A DNA stretch of 64,000 bases from Chloroflexota bacterium. GTDB taxonomy: Bacteria > Chloroflexota > Dehalococcoidia > UBA2247 > RBG-13-53-26. The DNA is taken from assembly GCA_016875915.1 (NCBI GenBank), contig VGOM01000003.1, positions 66,716-130,715 of the forward strand, read 5' to 3'. The notes under the pieces were generated by a model, which did not search any database, was not told the origin of the DNA, and worked only from the letters and a program-made list of their open reading frames with translations. Each line of letters starts with the position of its first letter. The stretch's first letter is position 1. A program made the translations under genes and the position numbers. This document shows positions 30,871-44,153 of this stretch, piece after piece.

Positions 30871-31167
30871 ATGGATGCCAGAATACGACCCCTGGTGGAT
30901 GCCGAGACCCTGGCCGCGGAGATGCGCAGGCTTGTGGAGGAATCGAGCAGCCTCATAGTATCCCAGGCGCAGGCCTACCTGCATGGTGAGACCGAGGTGG
31001 AGGGGAAGGTATCCGCCGAGTGGACCCAGTTCGCCCTTGAGGCCCCTGACCAGGTGGTGGTGGCTCTGCCTCTGGTCATGGAGTCCATCCTGCGGGCCAC
31101 CACGACCATGATTGCCAGGAACAACCTGAGGCTTCTTCAGCTTCTGAACCTGGCTCCCCGCGACTGA
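30871..31167 (+). CDS. hypothetical small protein (~98 aa)
   Basis: ATG preceded by an AGGAGA RBS; no homology recognised. Confidence 0.3.
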   Translation: MDARIRPLVDAETLAAEMRRLVEESSSLIVSQAQAYLHGETEVEGKVSAEWTQFALEAPDQVVVALPLVMESILRATTTMIARNNLRLLQLLNLAPRD

Positions 31168-31183
31168 GCCTTCGTCACGCCGC

Positions 31184-32617
31184 TCAGGCCCTGACCGGCG
31201 GACGCCTGTCCGCCCAGGGCCGCGCCTGCTCCAGTTGCGCCGCCAGGCGGAACAGGGTTGCCTCGTCCCCGAAGCGCCCCGCGAAATGCGTTCCCACCGG
31301 CAGGCCATCGTTGTTCCAGAACAGGGGCACGGACATGGCCGGCTGTCCGGTGAAGTTGCAGATCGGAGTGAAGGGAATGTACTCCGCCATGCGCAGCACC
31401 CCCTGAAGGGGATTCTCCGCAGGGGAGTCGAAGGTGCCCAACGGCACCGGGGGCTCGGCGATGGTGGGCGTCAGCCAGACGTCGTACCGCTCCATGAAGC
31501 GCCCGATAACCCGTGCAATTCTCTGCAGGTCGGCCACTGCCGCGAGGTACGATGATGCGCTGTGCAGGCATCCCATCTGGTAGAAAGCCCAGGTCAGCGG
31601 CTCGAACTGGTCCGGCGTCGGCCTGCGCCCGGTCTCCCTGGCCATGTGGTCGATGTTCCAGGCCAGCCCCGCCGAGAACGCGGTGACGAAGGAATCAGCT
31701 GTCCCTTGGGCCTCGACTGATATGGTAGCTTCCTCCACGTCGTGCCCCAGATCGGCGCACAGCCGGGCCGCATCGCGGACGGCAGACACGCAGTCGGCGT
31801 GGACCGGCACTCCGGTGGGAGCGGCGCTGGTGAAGGCGATGCGCAGCCGTCCGGGATCGGCGCCCAGCTCTTTGGCGAAAGAGCGGACAGGCGGCGGTGC
31901 ACAGTATGGGTCGCCGGCGTCGGGGCCGGCGGTGGCGTCCAGGAGCGCCGCGCTGTCCCGTACCGAGCGGGTGATGGCGTGCTCCACCACCAGGCCTCCA
32001 TATATGTCGCCGTAGTCGGGTCCCATGGGATTGCGGGCCCGGGTGGGCTTCATGGCGAACACCCCGCAGCAGGAGGCGGGGATGCGCAGAGACCCGCCGC
32101 CGTCCCCTCCGTGAGCCATGGGCACCATGCCGGAGGCCACGGCGGCCGCGGAGCCCCCGCTGGAGCCGCCGCTCGATCTCGTGGTATCCCATGGATTGCG
32201 GCAGGGGCCGAAGAGGCGAGGCTCGGCGCTGGTGATGATGCCGAACTCCGACGTGCTGGTCCGGCCCAGGGTGACCAGCCCTGCCAGCTTCTGACGGTGG
32301 ACCAGCTCGCTGTCGTGGTCGGGCACGTAGTCCCGCAGGAAGGCCGAGCCCGCCGTGGTTCGCACTCCGGCGTAGGACGAGAGGAGGTCCTTGAGCAGGA
32401 AGGGCACGCCGGTGAAGGGTCCCCGGGGCAGCTGTCTTGAAGCTGTTTCGCGTGCCTGTTCATACATCGGCGTGACCACTGCATTGAGCACCGGGTTCAG
32501 CCTCTGGATGCGCTCAATGGCTGCGTCCACCAGTTCCCGGGGGTTCACTTCCCGGCGCCGCACCAGCTCCGCTTGGGCGGTGGCGTCCGTGAATGCCAAT
32601 TCATCTATTGGAGACAT
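31184..32617 (-). CDS. amidase (amidase-signature family, GatA-like)
   Basis: [14 protein letters not shown] amidase signature; catalytic Ser-cisSer-Lys context. Confidence 0.8.
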   Translation of the reverse strand: MSPIDELAFTDATAQAELVRRREVNPRELVDAAIERIQRLNPVLNAVVTPMYEQARETASRQLPRGPFTGVPFLLKDLLSSYAGVRTTAGSAFLRDYVPDHDSELVHRQKLAGLVTLGRTSTSEFGIITSAEPRLFGPCRNPWDTTRSSGGSSGGSAAAVASGMVPMAHGGDGGGSLRIPASCCGVFAMKPTRARNPMGPDYGDIYGGLVVEHAITRSVRDSAALLDATAGPDAGDPYCAPPPVRSFAKELGADPGRLRIAFTSAAPTGVPVHADCVSAVRDAARLCADLGHDVEEATISVEAQGTADSFVTAFSAGLAWNIDHMARETGRRPTPDQFEPLTWAFYQMGCLHSASSYLAAVADLQRIARVIGRFMERYDVWLTPTIAEPPVPLGTFDSPAENPLQGVLRMAEYIPFTPICNFTGQPAMSVPLFWNNDGLPVGTHFAGRFGDEATLFRLAAQLEQARPWADRRPPVRA

Positions 32618-32698
32618 CGTTCACCTCCTGTGACCTGCCCCGGGGCTTTCCCTTATGCGATCCGGGTGCAGACACTCGAACGCGGCGCGATGGTCTTG

Positions 32699-34549
32699 TC
32701 AGGAGGGGCCCACTCTGCGTCGTGGCCGTGCCCTTGCCGGCTTCCTGCTGTCGAAGGGGAGGGTGAAGAAGAAGGTGGCCCCCTTGCCCAGTTCTGACTT
32801 CACCCCTATCTTGCCTCCGTGGGCCTCCACCAGCCTCCGGCATACCAGGAGCCCCAGTCCGGCTCCTCCGATGCCGCCGATCTTGGTCACCTCCGCTCTC
32901 TCGAAGGGCTGAAACAGGCGGGTCTGATCCTCGGGGGAAATGCCCATTCCCTGATCACTCACGCTGATGGTCAGCATCTGCCCGTCTCCTTCAGCGAAGA
33001 CCCGTATGTCGCCGCCGTCAGGCGAGTAGTTCACCCCGTTCTCCAGGAGGTTGTACAGAATGCGCCCCAATCTCAGTTCATCGGCGTGGATCGGTGGCAA
33101 CTCCCCGGGCAGGTCCACCACGAACCGGTGCCGCGAGGACTGGCGCCTCACCTGGTCCACCGCTTTCTGAACAACCGCCTGGAGGTTCACCGGTGTGACG
33201 TAGAGCGACAAGCGGTCGGCCCGGACCCTGGACAGCTCCAGCAGGTTCTCCAGCAGATGAGACAGGGAATCGGTCTCGAAAGAGGCGTCCTCCAGGAGTT
33301 GCCGCATCTCCTCCTTCGAGAGATGTGCTCCGTCGGCCAGGGCCGTCTTCAGGGCCCCCATGATCACAGTCAGGGGACTGCGCAGCTCGTGGGAGACCAG
33401 GCCGATGAACTCATCCTTCAGTTCATCCATCTTCTTTCGTCGCTCGATGTCGCGTAGGTAGACCATAAGCTGGAAGCTGCCCTGGCCGCTGTCCTTGAGT
33501 TCCACGATCTTGGCCCAGACGGGGATCTTCCGGCCGTCGAACCTGACCAACTCCACCTCCGCCTCGGCAACCCCGGTCGCATCAAGGTCGGCTCTGACCG
33601 ACGACTGTATTTCCATGGTCTTGCCGGTGACCATGTCCCGCATGTCGGCGCCGCGGAGGCGTTCGACGGGATAGCCCAGCAGGCTGCAGGCTCCGTTGTT
33701 GCAGTCGATGATGTGCCCGGTGGAAGCGACCGTCAGGATCCCGTCGGGGGAGGACTCCACCAGGGTGCGGTACCTTTCCTCCGCCCTTCTCGTCTCCTCG
33801 TCGGCCTTCTTGCGGTTCGTGATGTCCACCAGTACCCCCTGCATCCCCACTATGGCGTTGCCGACGTAGACGGGCCTGTTGAACCCCTGTACCCAGAACG
33901 CCTCGCCGGAGCCGGGCATGACCATGCGGCATTCCCATGGCTCGTCGAGCCGGCCCGACATGGCTTTGCCGAACTTCTCCATCGAGCCGGGCAGATCTTC
34001 AGGGTGTATGAAGTCTGCGAAGGGCTTGCCCACCAGTTCTGATTCGCTGTGCCGGAAGATCGACTCAAAGGTGGGGCTGATGTAGGTGGTCACGCCGGCA
34101 GCGTCGACGGAGTAGACCACCGCATCGATATTCTCCACCAGGTGGCGGTACTTGTCCTCCGATTCCAGGACTCTCCTCTCGATCTCCTTGTGGTGTGAGA
34201 TGTCTCTGGCGAAGACCAGCGTGGCCGGTTTGCCGTTGTATTCCGTCATGGTCGAGCGGATCTCCACGTGCACCTCGCAGCCGTCACACCTGAGGAGTTG
34301 GATCTCCTGGCGAGCGGCGACACTCCTCCCCTTCTGCCTTTGGCGATATCTATTCACCATGGCAGGCAAGTCGCTGGAATGGACGAAACTGGCGAAGGTT
34401 GTGCCCACCAACTCGCCCTTCCTGCATCCCAGGATGCGCTCAATCTCCTTGCTGGCCGCGACAATCACTCCCACTCTGTCGTCGACGTCCTGAAGGAGAG
34501 CCACGCCTTCCCCGGCGCGGCTGGCCGTCTCCACCAGCAGACGGTACAT
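32699..34549 (-). CDS. multi-PAS sensor histidine kinase
   Basis: Three PAS-like segments; H-box [12 protein letters not shown]; HATPase N/G boxes (GGAGLGL). Start set at MYRLLVE; the upstream part of the track ORF overlies the repeat region. Confidence 0.75.
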   Translation of the reverse strand: MYRLLVETASRAGEGVALLQDVDDRVGVIVAASKEIERILGCRKGELVGTTFASFVHSSDLPAMVNRYRQRQKGRSVAARQEIQLLRCDGCEVHVEIRSTMTEYNGKPATLVFARDISHHKEIERRVLESEDKYRHLVENIDAVVYSVDAAGVTTYISPTFESIFRHSESELVGKPFADFIHPEDLPGSMEKFGKAMSGRLDEPWECRMVMPGSGEAFWVQGFNRPVYVGNAIVGMQGVLVDITNRKKADEETRRAEERYRTLVESSPDGILTVASTGHIIDCNNGACSLLGYPVERLRGADMRDMVTGKTMEIQSSVRADLDATGVAEAEVELVRFDGRKIPVWAKIVELKDSGQGSFQLMVYLRDIERRKKMDELKDEFIGLVSHELRSPLTVIMGALKTALADGAHLSKEEMRQLLEDASFETDSLSHLLENLLELSRVRADRLSLYVTPVNLQAVVQKAVDQVRRQSSRHRFVVDLPGELPPIHADELRLGRILYNLLENGVNYSPDGGDIRVFAEGDGQMLTISVSDQGMGISPEDQTRLFQPFERAEVTKIGGIGGAGLGLLVCRRLVEAHGGKIGVKSELGKGATFFFTLPFDSRKPARARPRRRVGPS

Positions 34550-34854
34550 CTCCGCCTGGGGGTCTGCGGCTCCTCTTGCACCGGCAATGTTCCCGGACTT
34601 GCCCCGGGTCGACCGCGACGCCGCGCTGGGCCTTCCGGCTGCCCTAGTCGGTCTGGTGGATCTGGAGGAGGTATGCCCTGTCTCAGGTTCTCTCAAGAGG
34701 ACCTCCGTTGTGCAACCGGCCCGGGAACCCCTGCTGGCACGGCCTGCCCTTCCTCGACACCTGCCGTATGCGCACTATTCTGCAAGGTAGCATAGCGTTT
34801 CGCACCTAGTCAAACGGCCCCCATATGCGACTCCGGGGGCCGTGGCGCCATCAG

Positions 34855-34980
34855 GTCCTTCCGCGGAAGGATCATCCCTCACTTGATCCAGCATCCACTC
34901 CGCTCAAGCGTGTCATCCCGCACTTGATGCGGGATCCAGGGGTGGTGCGGGGACCAAGACGGGTGATGCAAACCCACCCC
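34855..34980. repeat. REP-like repeat cluster: two tandem units plus flanking hairpins
   Basis: CCTTCCGCGGAAGG palindrome; partial unit GATCATCCCTCACTTGAT; full unit GTCATCCCGCACTTGATGCGGGATCCAGGGGTGG; GGGGTGG...CCACCCC inverted repeat. Confidence 0.8.
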
Positions 34981-35037
34981 GTCGTACTTGCCACGCGGCG
35001 GCCCCGGGCGTACACTCGAACATTGGACCCGTTGGCA

Positions 35038-35994
35038 ATGAGCACTCTCCTACTCGGCCGGAAGGAAGTCGCGGGACTGCTGGACATGGGGGAGGTCATG
35101 CGGGTGGTGGAGCAGGCCTTTCGCGACTACGCTGCCGGGTGTGCCCAGATGCCGGCCAAGGTCTACCTCCGCGTCCCCAGGGGCGACTTCCGGGCCATGC
35201 CCGCCGCCGTGCCCCATGCCGCGGGCGTGAAATGGGTCAACGTCCATCTCTCCAACCATGAGCGGGGACTGCCCAGCATCATGGGCGTCCTCATCCTCAG
35301 CGATCCGGACACCGCCTATCCCCTGGCCATCATGGATGCCACGGAAATCACCGCTTACCGCACGGCGGCCACCTCTGCCAACGCCTCCCGGCACCTGGCC
35401 CGCCCGGAGTCGCGTACTCTGGGGTTGATCGGCGCGGGACGCCAGGCCAGGATGCACCTCCAGTCCCATGCCCTAGTCTTCGCCTTGGAGAGGGTCAGGA
35501 TCCACGACGTTCACCTCCAGGCTGCCGAATCCCTGGTCAGGTCCTTCCCCCAGCTCTGTGCCGAGGCCTGCTCCGCTGAGCAGGCGGCTGCTTCGGACAT
35601 CGTCTGCACGCTGACCCCGTCCACCGTGCCCGTGGTGAAGGCGGCCTGGATCAGGCCGGGGACCCACATCAACGCCGTTGGCGCCGATGCGCCCGGCAAG
35701 CAGGAGTTGGAGCCATCGCTGTTGCTCTCAGCGCGGGTGGTGGTCGACGATCTCACTCAGGCCTGCCATGCCGGTGAGATCAATGTTCCCCTGTGTCGCG
35801 GTCTCTTCAGCAAGGAGCAGGTCTGGGCTACCCTGGGCGAGATCATCGCCGGGGCCAAGCCCGGCCGCAGTGATGACCGGGAGATCACCATCTTCGATTC
35901 CACCGGACTGGCCATCGAGGATGTGGCCACGGCCTGGATGGTCTATCAGCGGGCGAAGGCGCATGGCGGCTACCCCTCCATGGACATCGTCTGA
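35038..35994 (+). CDS. ornithine cyclodeaminase / mu-crystallin family protein
   Basis: 318 aa; Rossmann motif LGLIGAGRQA; OCD fold. The upstream in-frame part of the track ORF is translated repeat DNA. Confidence 0.75.
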   Translation: MSTLLLGRKEVAGLLDMGEVMRVVEQAFRDYAAGCAQMPAKVYLRVPRGDFRAMPAAVPHAAGVKWVNVHLSNHERGLPSIMGVLILSDPDTAYPLAIMDATEITAYRTAATSANASRHLARPESRTLGLIGAGRQARMHLQSHALVFALERVRIHDVHLQAAESLVRSFPQLCAEACSAEQAAASDIVCTLTPSTVPVVKAAWIRPGTHINAVGADAPGKQELEPSLLLSARVVVDDLTQACHAGEINVPLCRGLFSKEQVWATLGEIIAGAKPGRSDDREITIFDSTGLAIEDVATAWMVYQRAKAHGGYPSMDIV

Positions 35995-36006
35995 GGTTGA
36001 GGAAGC

Positions 36007-37350
36007 CTAGCCGCCGCTGGGCCCCAGCCAGGGCGTGCCGCCGGGCGGCAGCACCTCGAACGGCTCGCCGGCCAGCTTGGCGCTCAGGGTTGTCGCCACT
36101 GATTCCGCCGGCACCCGGATCTGCTTCAGGGAGTCCCTGTCCCTGATCGTCACCTGGTGGTCTTCCAGCGACTGGAAGTCGATGGTCACGCAGTAAGGAG
36201 TGCCGATCTCATCCTGGCGGCGGTAGCGCCTGCCGATGCTCTGCGAGTCATCGTACTGGGTGATCATGCACCGCCGCAGGCGGGCGTTGACCTCCGTGGC
36301 CATGGGCACCAACTTCTCGTTGCGGCTCAGGGGCAGCACGGCAGCCTTGATCGGCGCCAGGTCGGGGTGCAGCCTCAGCACCACCCGCTTCTCCTTCTCC
36401 ACCGTTTCCTCGGCGTAGGCGTCGAGGAGGAAGGCCAGCACCGAGCGGTCCACTCCGGCAGAGGGCTCGATGATGTAGGGCAGGAAGCGCTGCCCGCTCT
36501 CGTCGTCGAAGTAGCTCAAATCCTTGCCGCTGTGCTTGGCGTGCTGCTCCAGGTCGAAGCTGCCCCGGTTGGCGATGCCCTCCAGCTCCGACCAGCCCAT
36601 GGGGAAGAGATACTCCACGTCGTAGCAGCCGATGGCGTAGTGGGCCAGTTCCTCCTTCCCGTGCTGGCGCAGGTGGAGGTGCTCCTTCTTGATGCCCAGC
36701 CTGGTGTACCAGTTGAACCGCTGTTCCAGCCAGTACTCGAACCACTTGCCGTCGGTGCCGGGCTTGACGAAGTACTCCATCTCCATCTGCTCGAACTCGC
36801 GGCTTCTGAAGATGAAGTTCCCCGTGGTGATCTCGTTGCGGAAGGACTTGCCTATCTGGGCGATGCCGAAGGGGAGCTTCTTCCGTGACGAACCCAGGGC
36901 ATTCTGGAAGTTGACGAAGATCCCCTGGGCCGTCTCCGGGCGGAGGTAGACCACTGCCGCCTGATCCTCCACCGGGCCCATGAAGGTCTTGAACATCAGG
37001 TTGAACATCCGGGGCTCGCCGAGGACGCCCCCGCACTGGGGGCACTTGTTGCCAGGCACCTGATCGGCCCGGAAGCGGGAGTTGCAGGACTTGCATTCCA
37101 CCAGCGGGTCGGCGAACTGCTGGACGTGTCCGCTGGCCACCCACACCTGGGGGTGCATCAGGATGGCGGAATCGAGGCCCACCACGTCGTCTCTCTCGTG
37201 GACCATGGCCTTCCACCAGGCCTCCTTGACGTTGCGCTTGAGCTCCACGCCCAGTGGCCCGTAGTCCCAGCAGCTGCCCAGTCCGCCGTAGATCTCGCTG
37301 GACTGAAAGATGAAACCCCGCCTCTTGCACAGCGAGACGATGGTCTCCAT
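36007..37350 (-). CDS. glyQS: glycine--tRNA ligase (dimeric alpha2 type)
   Basis: [20 protein letters not shown] class-II motif; anticodon-binding C-terminus; ~448 aa from ATG 37350. Confidence 0.9.
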   Translation of the reverse strand: METIVSLCKRRGFIFQSSEIYGGLGSCWDYGPLGVELKRNVKEAWWKAMVHERDDVVGLDSAILMHPQVWVASGHVQQFADPLVECKSCNSRFRADQVPGNKCPQCGGVLGEPRMFNLMFKTFMGPVEDQAAVVYLRPETAQGIFVNFQNALGSSRKKLPFGIAQIGKSFRNEITTGNFIFRSREFEQMEMEYFVKPGTDGKWFEYWLEQRFNWYTRLGIKKEHLHLRQHGKEELAHYAIGCYDVEYLFPMGWSELEGIANRGSFDLEQHAKHSGKDLSYFDDESGQRFLPYIIEPSAGVDRSVLAFLLDAYAEETVEKEKRVVLRLHPDLAPIKAAVLPLSRNEKLVPMATEVNARLRRCMITQYDDSQSIGRRYRRQDEIGTPYCVTIDFQSLEDHQVTIRDRDSLKQIRVPAESVATTLSAKLAGEPFEVLPPGGTPWLGPSGG

Positions 37351-37470
37351 GTCAACGCCGTTTCCCTGCTTCACTCCCTGCGCGTCTCCCTTCAATTCGT
37401 TGCAGTTAAGGTATCAGCTTTGTGCTGCAGTGTCAAAGCTTGACACTGGGTGCGGCGATGCGGAAGAATT

Positions 37471-38115
37471 ATGGCCATGATTCTCAGGGGACTGGAAGTT
37501 GGCATGTATATGTCCAACTGCTACATCGTGGGCTCGGAGAAGACCCTCGACGGGATGATTATTGACCCCGGTGGTGAGGCGGGACGGATTCTGGAGACTG
37601 TTCAGGACCTCGGCCTGACTGCCAGGATCATTGTGGCCACCCATCTGCACTTGGACCACATCGGTGCCGTGGCCAAGGTCAAGGAGGCCACTGGGGCCCA
37701 GTTCGCGGCCCACGAATCGGCAGGCTCCAAGAAGGGTGGCCAGGCCGTCAACCGGATGGTTGCCTCCATGATGGGCGGCTCCTTCCGCGCTCCGCCTCAG
37801 CCTGACAGGCTGCTGCGTGAAGGGGACACCGTCGAGGTCGGCGAGCTGCGCTTCGGGGTGATCCACACCCCCGGCCACAGCCCCGAAGGGATGTGCCTCT
37901 ATGGCCACGGCCTTCTGTTCTGCGGGGATACCCTGTTCAACCTGAGCATCGGCCGGACGGACTTCCCCGGCGGCGACTATGACCAACTGATGGGCAACAT
38001 CCACAAGAAGCTGATGACCCTCCCCGATGAGACCAGGGTGCTCTGCGGCCATATGTCGGAGACCACCATTGGCTTCGAGCGCAAGCACAACCCCTTCGTG
38101 CTCGGCCTCTACTAG
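37471..38115 (+). CDS. MBL-fold hydrolase (glyoxalase II-like)
   Basis: HLHLDHIG and HTPGHSPEG motifs. Confidence 0.7.
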   Translation: MAMILRGLEVGMYMSNCYIVGSEKTLDGMIIDPGGEAGRILETVQDLGLTARIIVATHLHLDHIGAVAKVKEATGAQFAAHESAGSKKGGQAVNRMVASMMGGSFRAPPQPDRLLREGDTVEVGELRFGVIHTPGHSPEGMCLYGHGLLFCGDTLFNLSIGRTDFPGGDYDQLMGNIHKKLMTLPDETRVLCGHMSETTIGFERKHNPFVLGLY

Positions 38116-38211
38116 TCAGGCCGTTTCCCTCTGCTGTCCGCAAGTCCTCAAAAAGAGTAGCGCGGGGCATGCCCCGCGCTTACTGACTTGATCGGTATCC
38201 GCAGCCTTGAT

Positions 38212-40281
<2,070 letters not shown>

Positions 40282-40491
40282 CAGCAACCCTCCTTGATCC
40301 GGCCACAAACTAAGGGGGCCGTCTGCAGCGGTCCCCCGGGGCGAGATCGACAACTGGCCTGAGACACTGGCCATAGAGTTTACCGAAAGGGCTATTGGCG
40401 GTCAAATGGCCGAACGCGTGGGATGCCCGCCCGCACGTTGTGGGCCGCCGCACCGATGGTGTAGAATACGGCGTCACCCTGGGAGCGCAAT

Positions 40492-43194
40492 GTGGACAGG
40501 CCTCTTCTTGTTCTCTTCGATGGTCATGCCCTGGTCCACCGCGCCTTCCATGCCCTGCCCCCCCTTTCGGTGAGCAAGACGGGTGAGCCGACCGGAGCGG
40601 TGTACGGCTTCGTCCTCATGCTGCTCAAGGTCATTCACGACCTCAAGCCCACCCACTGGGCCATCGCCTTTGACCGGCCCACCCCCACCTTCCGCCACCT
40701 GGAGTTCGATGAATACAAGGCCCAGCGGCCCAAGGCCCCTGACGAGCTCGTCCGGCAGTTTGGCCGGGTCCGGGAGGTGGTCGACGCCTTCAAGATGCCG
40801 GCCTTCGAGGTGGATGGCTATGAGGCTGATGACGTCCTGGGCACCATCGCCCGTCGAGCCTCGGCTCAGGACATGGACACCATCATCGTCACCGGTGACA
40901 ACGATGAGCTGCAGCTCGTTTCACCCAGGGTGAAGGTCCTCCTCCCCCAGAGGGGCTTCGCCGAGTCCAGCCTCTACGATGTTGCCGCGGTCAACGCCAA
41001 GTACGGCGTTTCCCCGGGGCAGGTGGCCGATTTGAAGGGACTCAAGGGCGATCCCTCGGACAACATCCCCGGGGTCCCCGGTGTGGGCGACAAGACCGCC
41101 GCCCGGCTGATCCAGGAGTTCGGCACCGTTGAAGCGGTCTACCAGCGCCTCGATGATGTCGCCCCGCCCAAGCTCCGCGAGACCCTCCGGGCCGGCGAAA
41201 CCCAGGCCAGACAGGGCAAACGGCTGGCCACCATCATCACCGACGTGCCGGTGGACTTCGACCCCGCCCGCTGCACGGTGGGCGGCTACGACCGCCCCCG
41301 GTTGCTGCAGCTCCTTCGGGAGCTGGAGTTCTTCCGGGTGCTGGACCGCCTGCCTGAGCTGGGGAACGGGCAACCCGCCGCCGCGCCTGACCCTCCCCAG
41401 GGCGGCCCGGAGTATCAGCTTGTGGAAGCGGCCCCCGATCTTCATCAGGTGGTCGAGGCCCTGGCCGGCAGCACCGCCTTGGTCATCCATCCCGTGGTCC
41501 AGCGCGCGGGCCGCGGTCAGACGGAGCTCATCGGCCTGGCGCTCTGGGTTCCCCAAGGCAGGACTTGCTACGTGCCGTTGCGCCGTGGACCGTCCATGTG
41601 GTCGCGGGGACTGGACCCGGAGCAGGCCCTGGGCCTGCTCCGCCCTCTGCTCTCGGCGGCTCAGCCCGCCAGATGGGCCCACGACACCAAGGAGGTCATC
41701 ACCTGCCTCCTCGACCACGGCATCGGGCCGGTCAGCCTGGACTTCGACACCATGATCGCGGCCTATCTCCTGGGGGAGAAGGCGCTGGACCTCAGGACGC
41801 TGGCCATGAGCCGACTGGGAGTCGAGCTGGCGTCTTCGGCGGAGCTGATCGCCCCCAAGCGGGGACTGGCCGCCGGGGAGGACCTCCCCGGACTTCCCGG
41901 AGTTGCCTGTGCCGAAGCGGCGGCCGTGGGCCGGCTCCAGCCGCTGCTGAAGGAGGCCATGGCCGGGCAGGGACTACTCAAGTTGTTCACCGAGGTGGAG
42001 ATGCCTTTGGTCCCCGTTCTGGCCCGGATGGAGCGGAACGGGGTGGCCCTGGACGTCGACCACTTCAGGGCCATGTCCCAGAATCTGGGAAGACAACTCC
42101 TGGAGCTGGAGCGCTTGATCTACGGCTTCGCCGGACATCCTTTCAACATCAACTCCCCGCAGCAGCTGGGCACCGTCCTGTTCAGCGAGCTGAAGCTGCC
42201 CGGAGGCAGGAAGACCAAGACCGGCTACTCCACGGAGGCCTCCGTTCTGGAGGGCCTGGCCGGGAGCGTCCCCATTGTCAAGCTGGTCCTGGAGTACCGC
42301 CAGTTGGCCAAGCTCAAGTCCACTTACATCGATGCCCTGCCCGTCCTGGTGGACCGCCGCACAGGACGGGTGCACACCAGCTTCAACCAGACGGTGGCCG
42401 CCACGGGACGGCTCTCCTCCAGCGATCCCAACCTGCAGAACATCCCTATCCGGGGCGAGCTGGGCAATCAGGTGAGGCGGGCCTTCGTCGCCGCCCCCGG
42501 TTGCCTCCTGGTCAGCGCGGACTACTCCCAGATAGAGCTTCGGGTCCTGGCCCACCTCTCCCGGGACGCCGGCCTGCTCACCGCCTTCCAGGAGGACAAG
42601 GACATCCATGCCGCCACGGCCGCCGAGGTGTTCGGGGTGTCCCTGGCCGAGGTCACCTCCGACATGCGCCGCATCGCCAAGGTGGTCAACTTCGGGGTGG
42701 CCTATGGCATGAGCGACTACGGACTGGAGCAGGCCACCGAGCTCTCCCGGGAGCAGGCCTCGAAGTTCATTGCCTCGTATTTCCAGAGGTACCCCCGGGT
42801 GAAGGACTACATCGAGGCCACCAAGAGGCAGGCCCGGGACAGGGGCTATGTGGAGACCCTGCTGGGACGGAGGCGGTACATCCCCGAGATGCACTCCCCC
42901 AACAGGCAGCTCCGGGAGGCCGCCGAGCGGATGGCCATCAACATGCCCGTTCAGGGGACGGCGGCCGACATCATCAAGGTGGCCATGGTCGACCTTCAGA
43001 GGGCCTTGGACAGGGATGGTATGATGTGTAGGATGATCCTCCAGGTGCACGACGAGCTTCTCCTCGAAGCGCCGCAGGGAGAGGTGGAGCGGGCCCGCCG
43101 GCTGGTGGAGGAGAAGATGTCCCAGGCGGCTGCCCTGGCCGTCCCGCTGAAGGTGGATGTCAAGGTGGGGCCGAACTGGGCCGAGATGAATTAG
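40492..43194 (+). CDS. polA: DNA polymerase I
   Basis: 5'-nuclease domain (LLVLFDGHALVHRAFHAL); 3'-5' exo-like region; polymerase motifs A/B/C (DYSQIELR, RRxAKxxNFGxxYG, VHDE). GTG start. Confidence 0.95.
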   Translation: MDRPLLVLFDGHALVHRAFHALPPLSVSKTGEPTGAVYGFVLMLLKVIHDLKPTHWAIAFDRPTPTFRHLEFDEYKAQRPKAPDELVRQFGRVREVVDAFKMPAFEVDGYEADDVLGTIARRASAQDMDTIIVTGDNDELQLVSPRVKVLLPQRGFAESSLYDVAAVNAKYGVSPGQVADLKGLKGDPSDNIPGVPGVGDKTAARLIQEFGTVEAVYQRLDDVAPPKLRETLRAGETQARQGKRLATIITDVPVDFDPARCTVGGYDRPRLLQLLRELEFFRVLDRLPELGNGQPAAAPDPPQGGPEYQLVEAAPDLHQVVEALAGSTALVIHPVVQRAGRGQTELIGLALWVPQGRTCYVPLRRGPSMWSRGLDPEQALGLLRPLLSAAQPARWAHDTKEVITCLLDHGIGPVSLDFDTMIAAYLLGEKALDLRTLAMSRLGVELASSAELIAPKRGLAAGEDLPGLPGVACAEAAAVGRLQPLLKEAMAGQGLLKLFTEVEMPLVPVLARMERNGVALDVDHFRAMSQNLGRQLLELERLIYGFAGHPFNINSPQQLGTVLFSELKLPGGRKTKTGYSTEASVLEGLAGSVPIVKLVLEYRQLAKLKSTYIDALPVLVDRRTGRVHTSFNQTVAATGRLSSSDPNLQNIPIRGELGNQVRRAFVAAPGCLLVSADYSQIELRVLAHLSRDAGLLTAFQEDKDIHAATAAEVFGVSLAEVTSDMRRIAKVVNFGVAYGMSDYGLEQATELSREQASKFIASYFQRYPRVKDYIEATKRQARDRGYVETLLGRRRYIPEMHSPNRQLREAAERMAINMPVQGTAADIIKVAMVDLQRALDRDGMMCRMILQVHDELLLEAPQGEVERARRLVEEKMSQAAALAVPLKVDVKVGPNWAEMN

Positions 43195-43209
43195 GGCTGG
43201 AGGGGGCAG

Positions 43210-43584
43210 ATGAGCCACGCCAGGATACTTGTAGCCGATGATGAGCCTGATATCCGCCTCATGGTGACTCGGATGCTGGGCAAGGACTACCTGGTCCTGG
43301 AGGCGGCGAACGGAAACCAGGCCGTCAGCCTGGCCCGGCTGCACAAGCCCGACCTCGTCCTGATGGACATCATGATGCCCGAGAAGGATGGCTACTCGGC
43401 CTGCGCCGCCATCAAGTCCGATCCCGACACCAAATGCATCCCCGTGATCATGGTCACCGGCATCGACCACCAGCTGAACATCAAGCTCAGCGAAGAGATG
43501 GGCGCTGACGGATACATCACCAAACCCTTCAGCCTCGACGAGTTGCTCAATGTGGTTACCAGGTACGTCCAGAGCACCGGCTAG
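43210..43584 (+). CDS. single-domain response regulator (CheY-like receiver)
   Basis: DD...D phospho-acceptor (LMDIMMP) and K motifs; 124 aa. Confidence 0.8.
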   Translation: MSHARILVADDEPDIRLMVTRMLGKDYLVLEAANGNQAVSLARLHKPDLVLMDIMMPEKDGYSACAAIKSDPDTKCIPVIMVTGIDHQLNIKLSEEMGADGYITKPFSLDELLNVVTRYVQSTG

Positions 43585-43797
43585 ACCCCCGGGCCTTCGC
43601 CGGCTCCACTCCACAATTGATGCCAGATCCACCATGGGCCCCTCCATGGTCTTCGGATACATCGCCGCCCTGCACGCCACAGGCGACCAAAGTCACATAC
43701 AGCCCATCTAGCGGAATCTGCTATCATATTGCCCATATCCAGGTGGGGCGGGAACCCGGCGAGTCAGAATCGAAAGCTGAAGGAGGAAAGTCGAACC

Positions 43798-43953
43798 ATG
43801 AAGATCGTCACTCTGTGTAGCTCAGGCAGTTGCTGCCCGGTGCTCAAGATCGGTGAAACGCAGGTGGAGATTGGTGAGGATGGGAATCTGTGTGTTCTCA
43901 CCATGGAGCAGTGGCAGACCCTCAAAGACAAGATAGTCAAGAACGAAGTCTAG
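43798..43953 (+). CDS. small Cys-rich protein (51 aa) with CSSGSCCP motif
   Basis: ATG 6 nt after a GAAGGAGGAAAG RBS; GC3-rich codons; followed by a strong hairpin terminator. Confidence 0.45.
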   Translation: MKIVTLCSSGSCCPVLKIGETQVEIGEDGNLCVLTMEQWQTLKDKIVKNEV

Positions 43954-44049
43954 GATATCCCTCGGAGTTGAGCAGCTAGGCCCCACCTCGAGCATGCTCG
44001 TACCCCCGGGTACTCACATAGACACGAATCGGCAAGCTGTGCCCCCGCC

Positions 44050-44083
44050 GAAGAAGGGGCTGGATGCATCCAGCCCCTTCTTC
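44050..44083 (+). terminator. intrinsic-terminator-like hairpin (15-bp perfect stem, TGCA loop)
   Basis: GAAGAAGGGGCTGGA-TGCA-TCCAGCCCCTTCTTC lies downstream of the small Cys-rich ORF. The U-tract is weak. Confidence 0.5.
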
Positions 44084-44105
44084 TCATGCCTGGCCCTTCG
44101 CGGCG

Positions 44106-44114
44106 TGCTATAAT
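44106..44114 (+). promoter_or_regulatory. extended -10 promoter element TGCTATAAT
   Basis: Perfect TGnTATAAT 40 nt upstream of the ATG at 44154; an identical 9-mer occurs at 48635. Confidence 0.45.
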
Positions 44115-44153
44115 GGCTTCCCATCCGCTGAACATGCTACAGGAGACAGGTCA

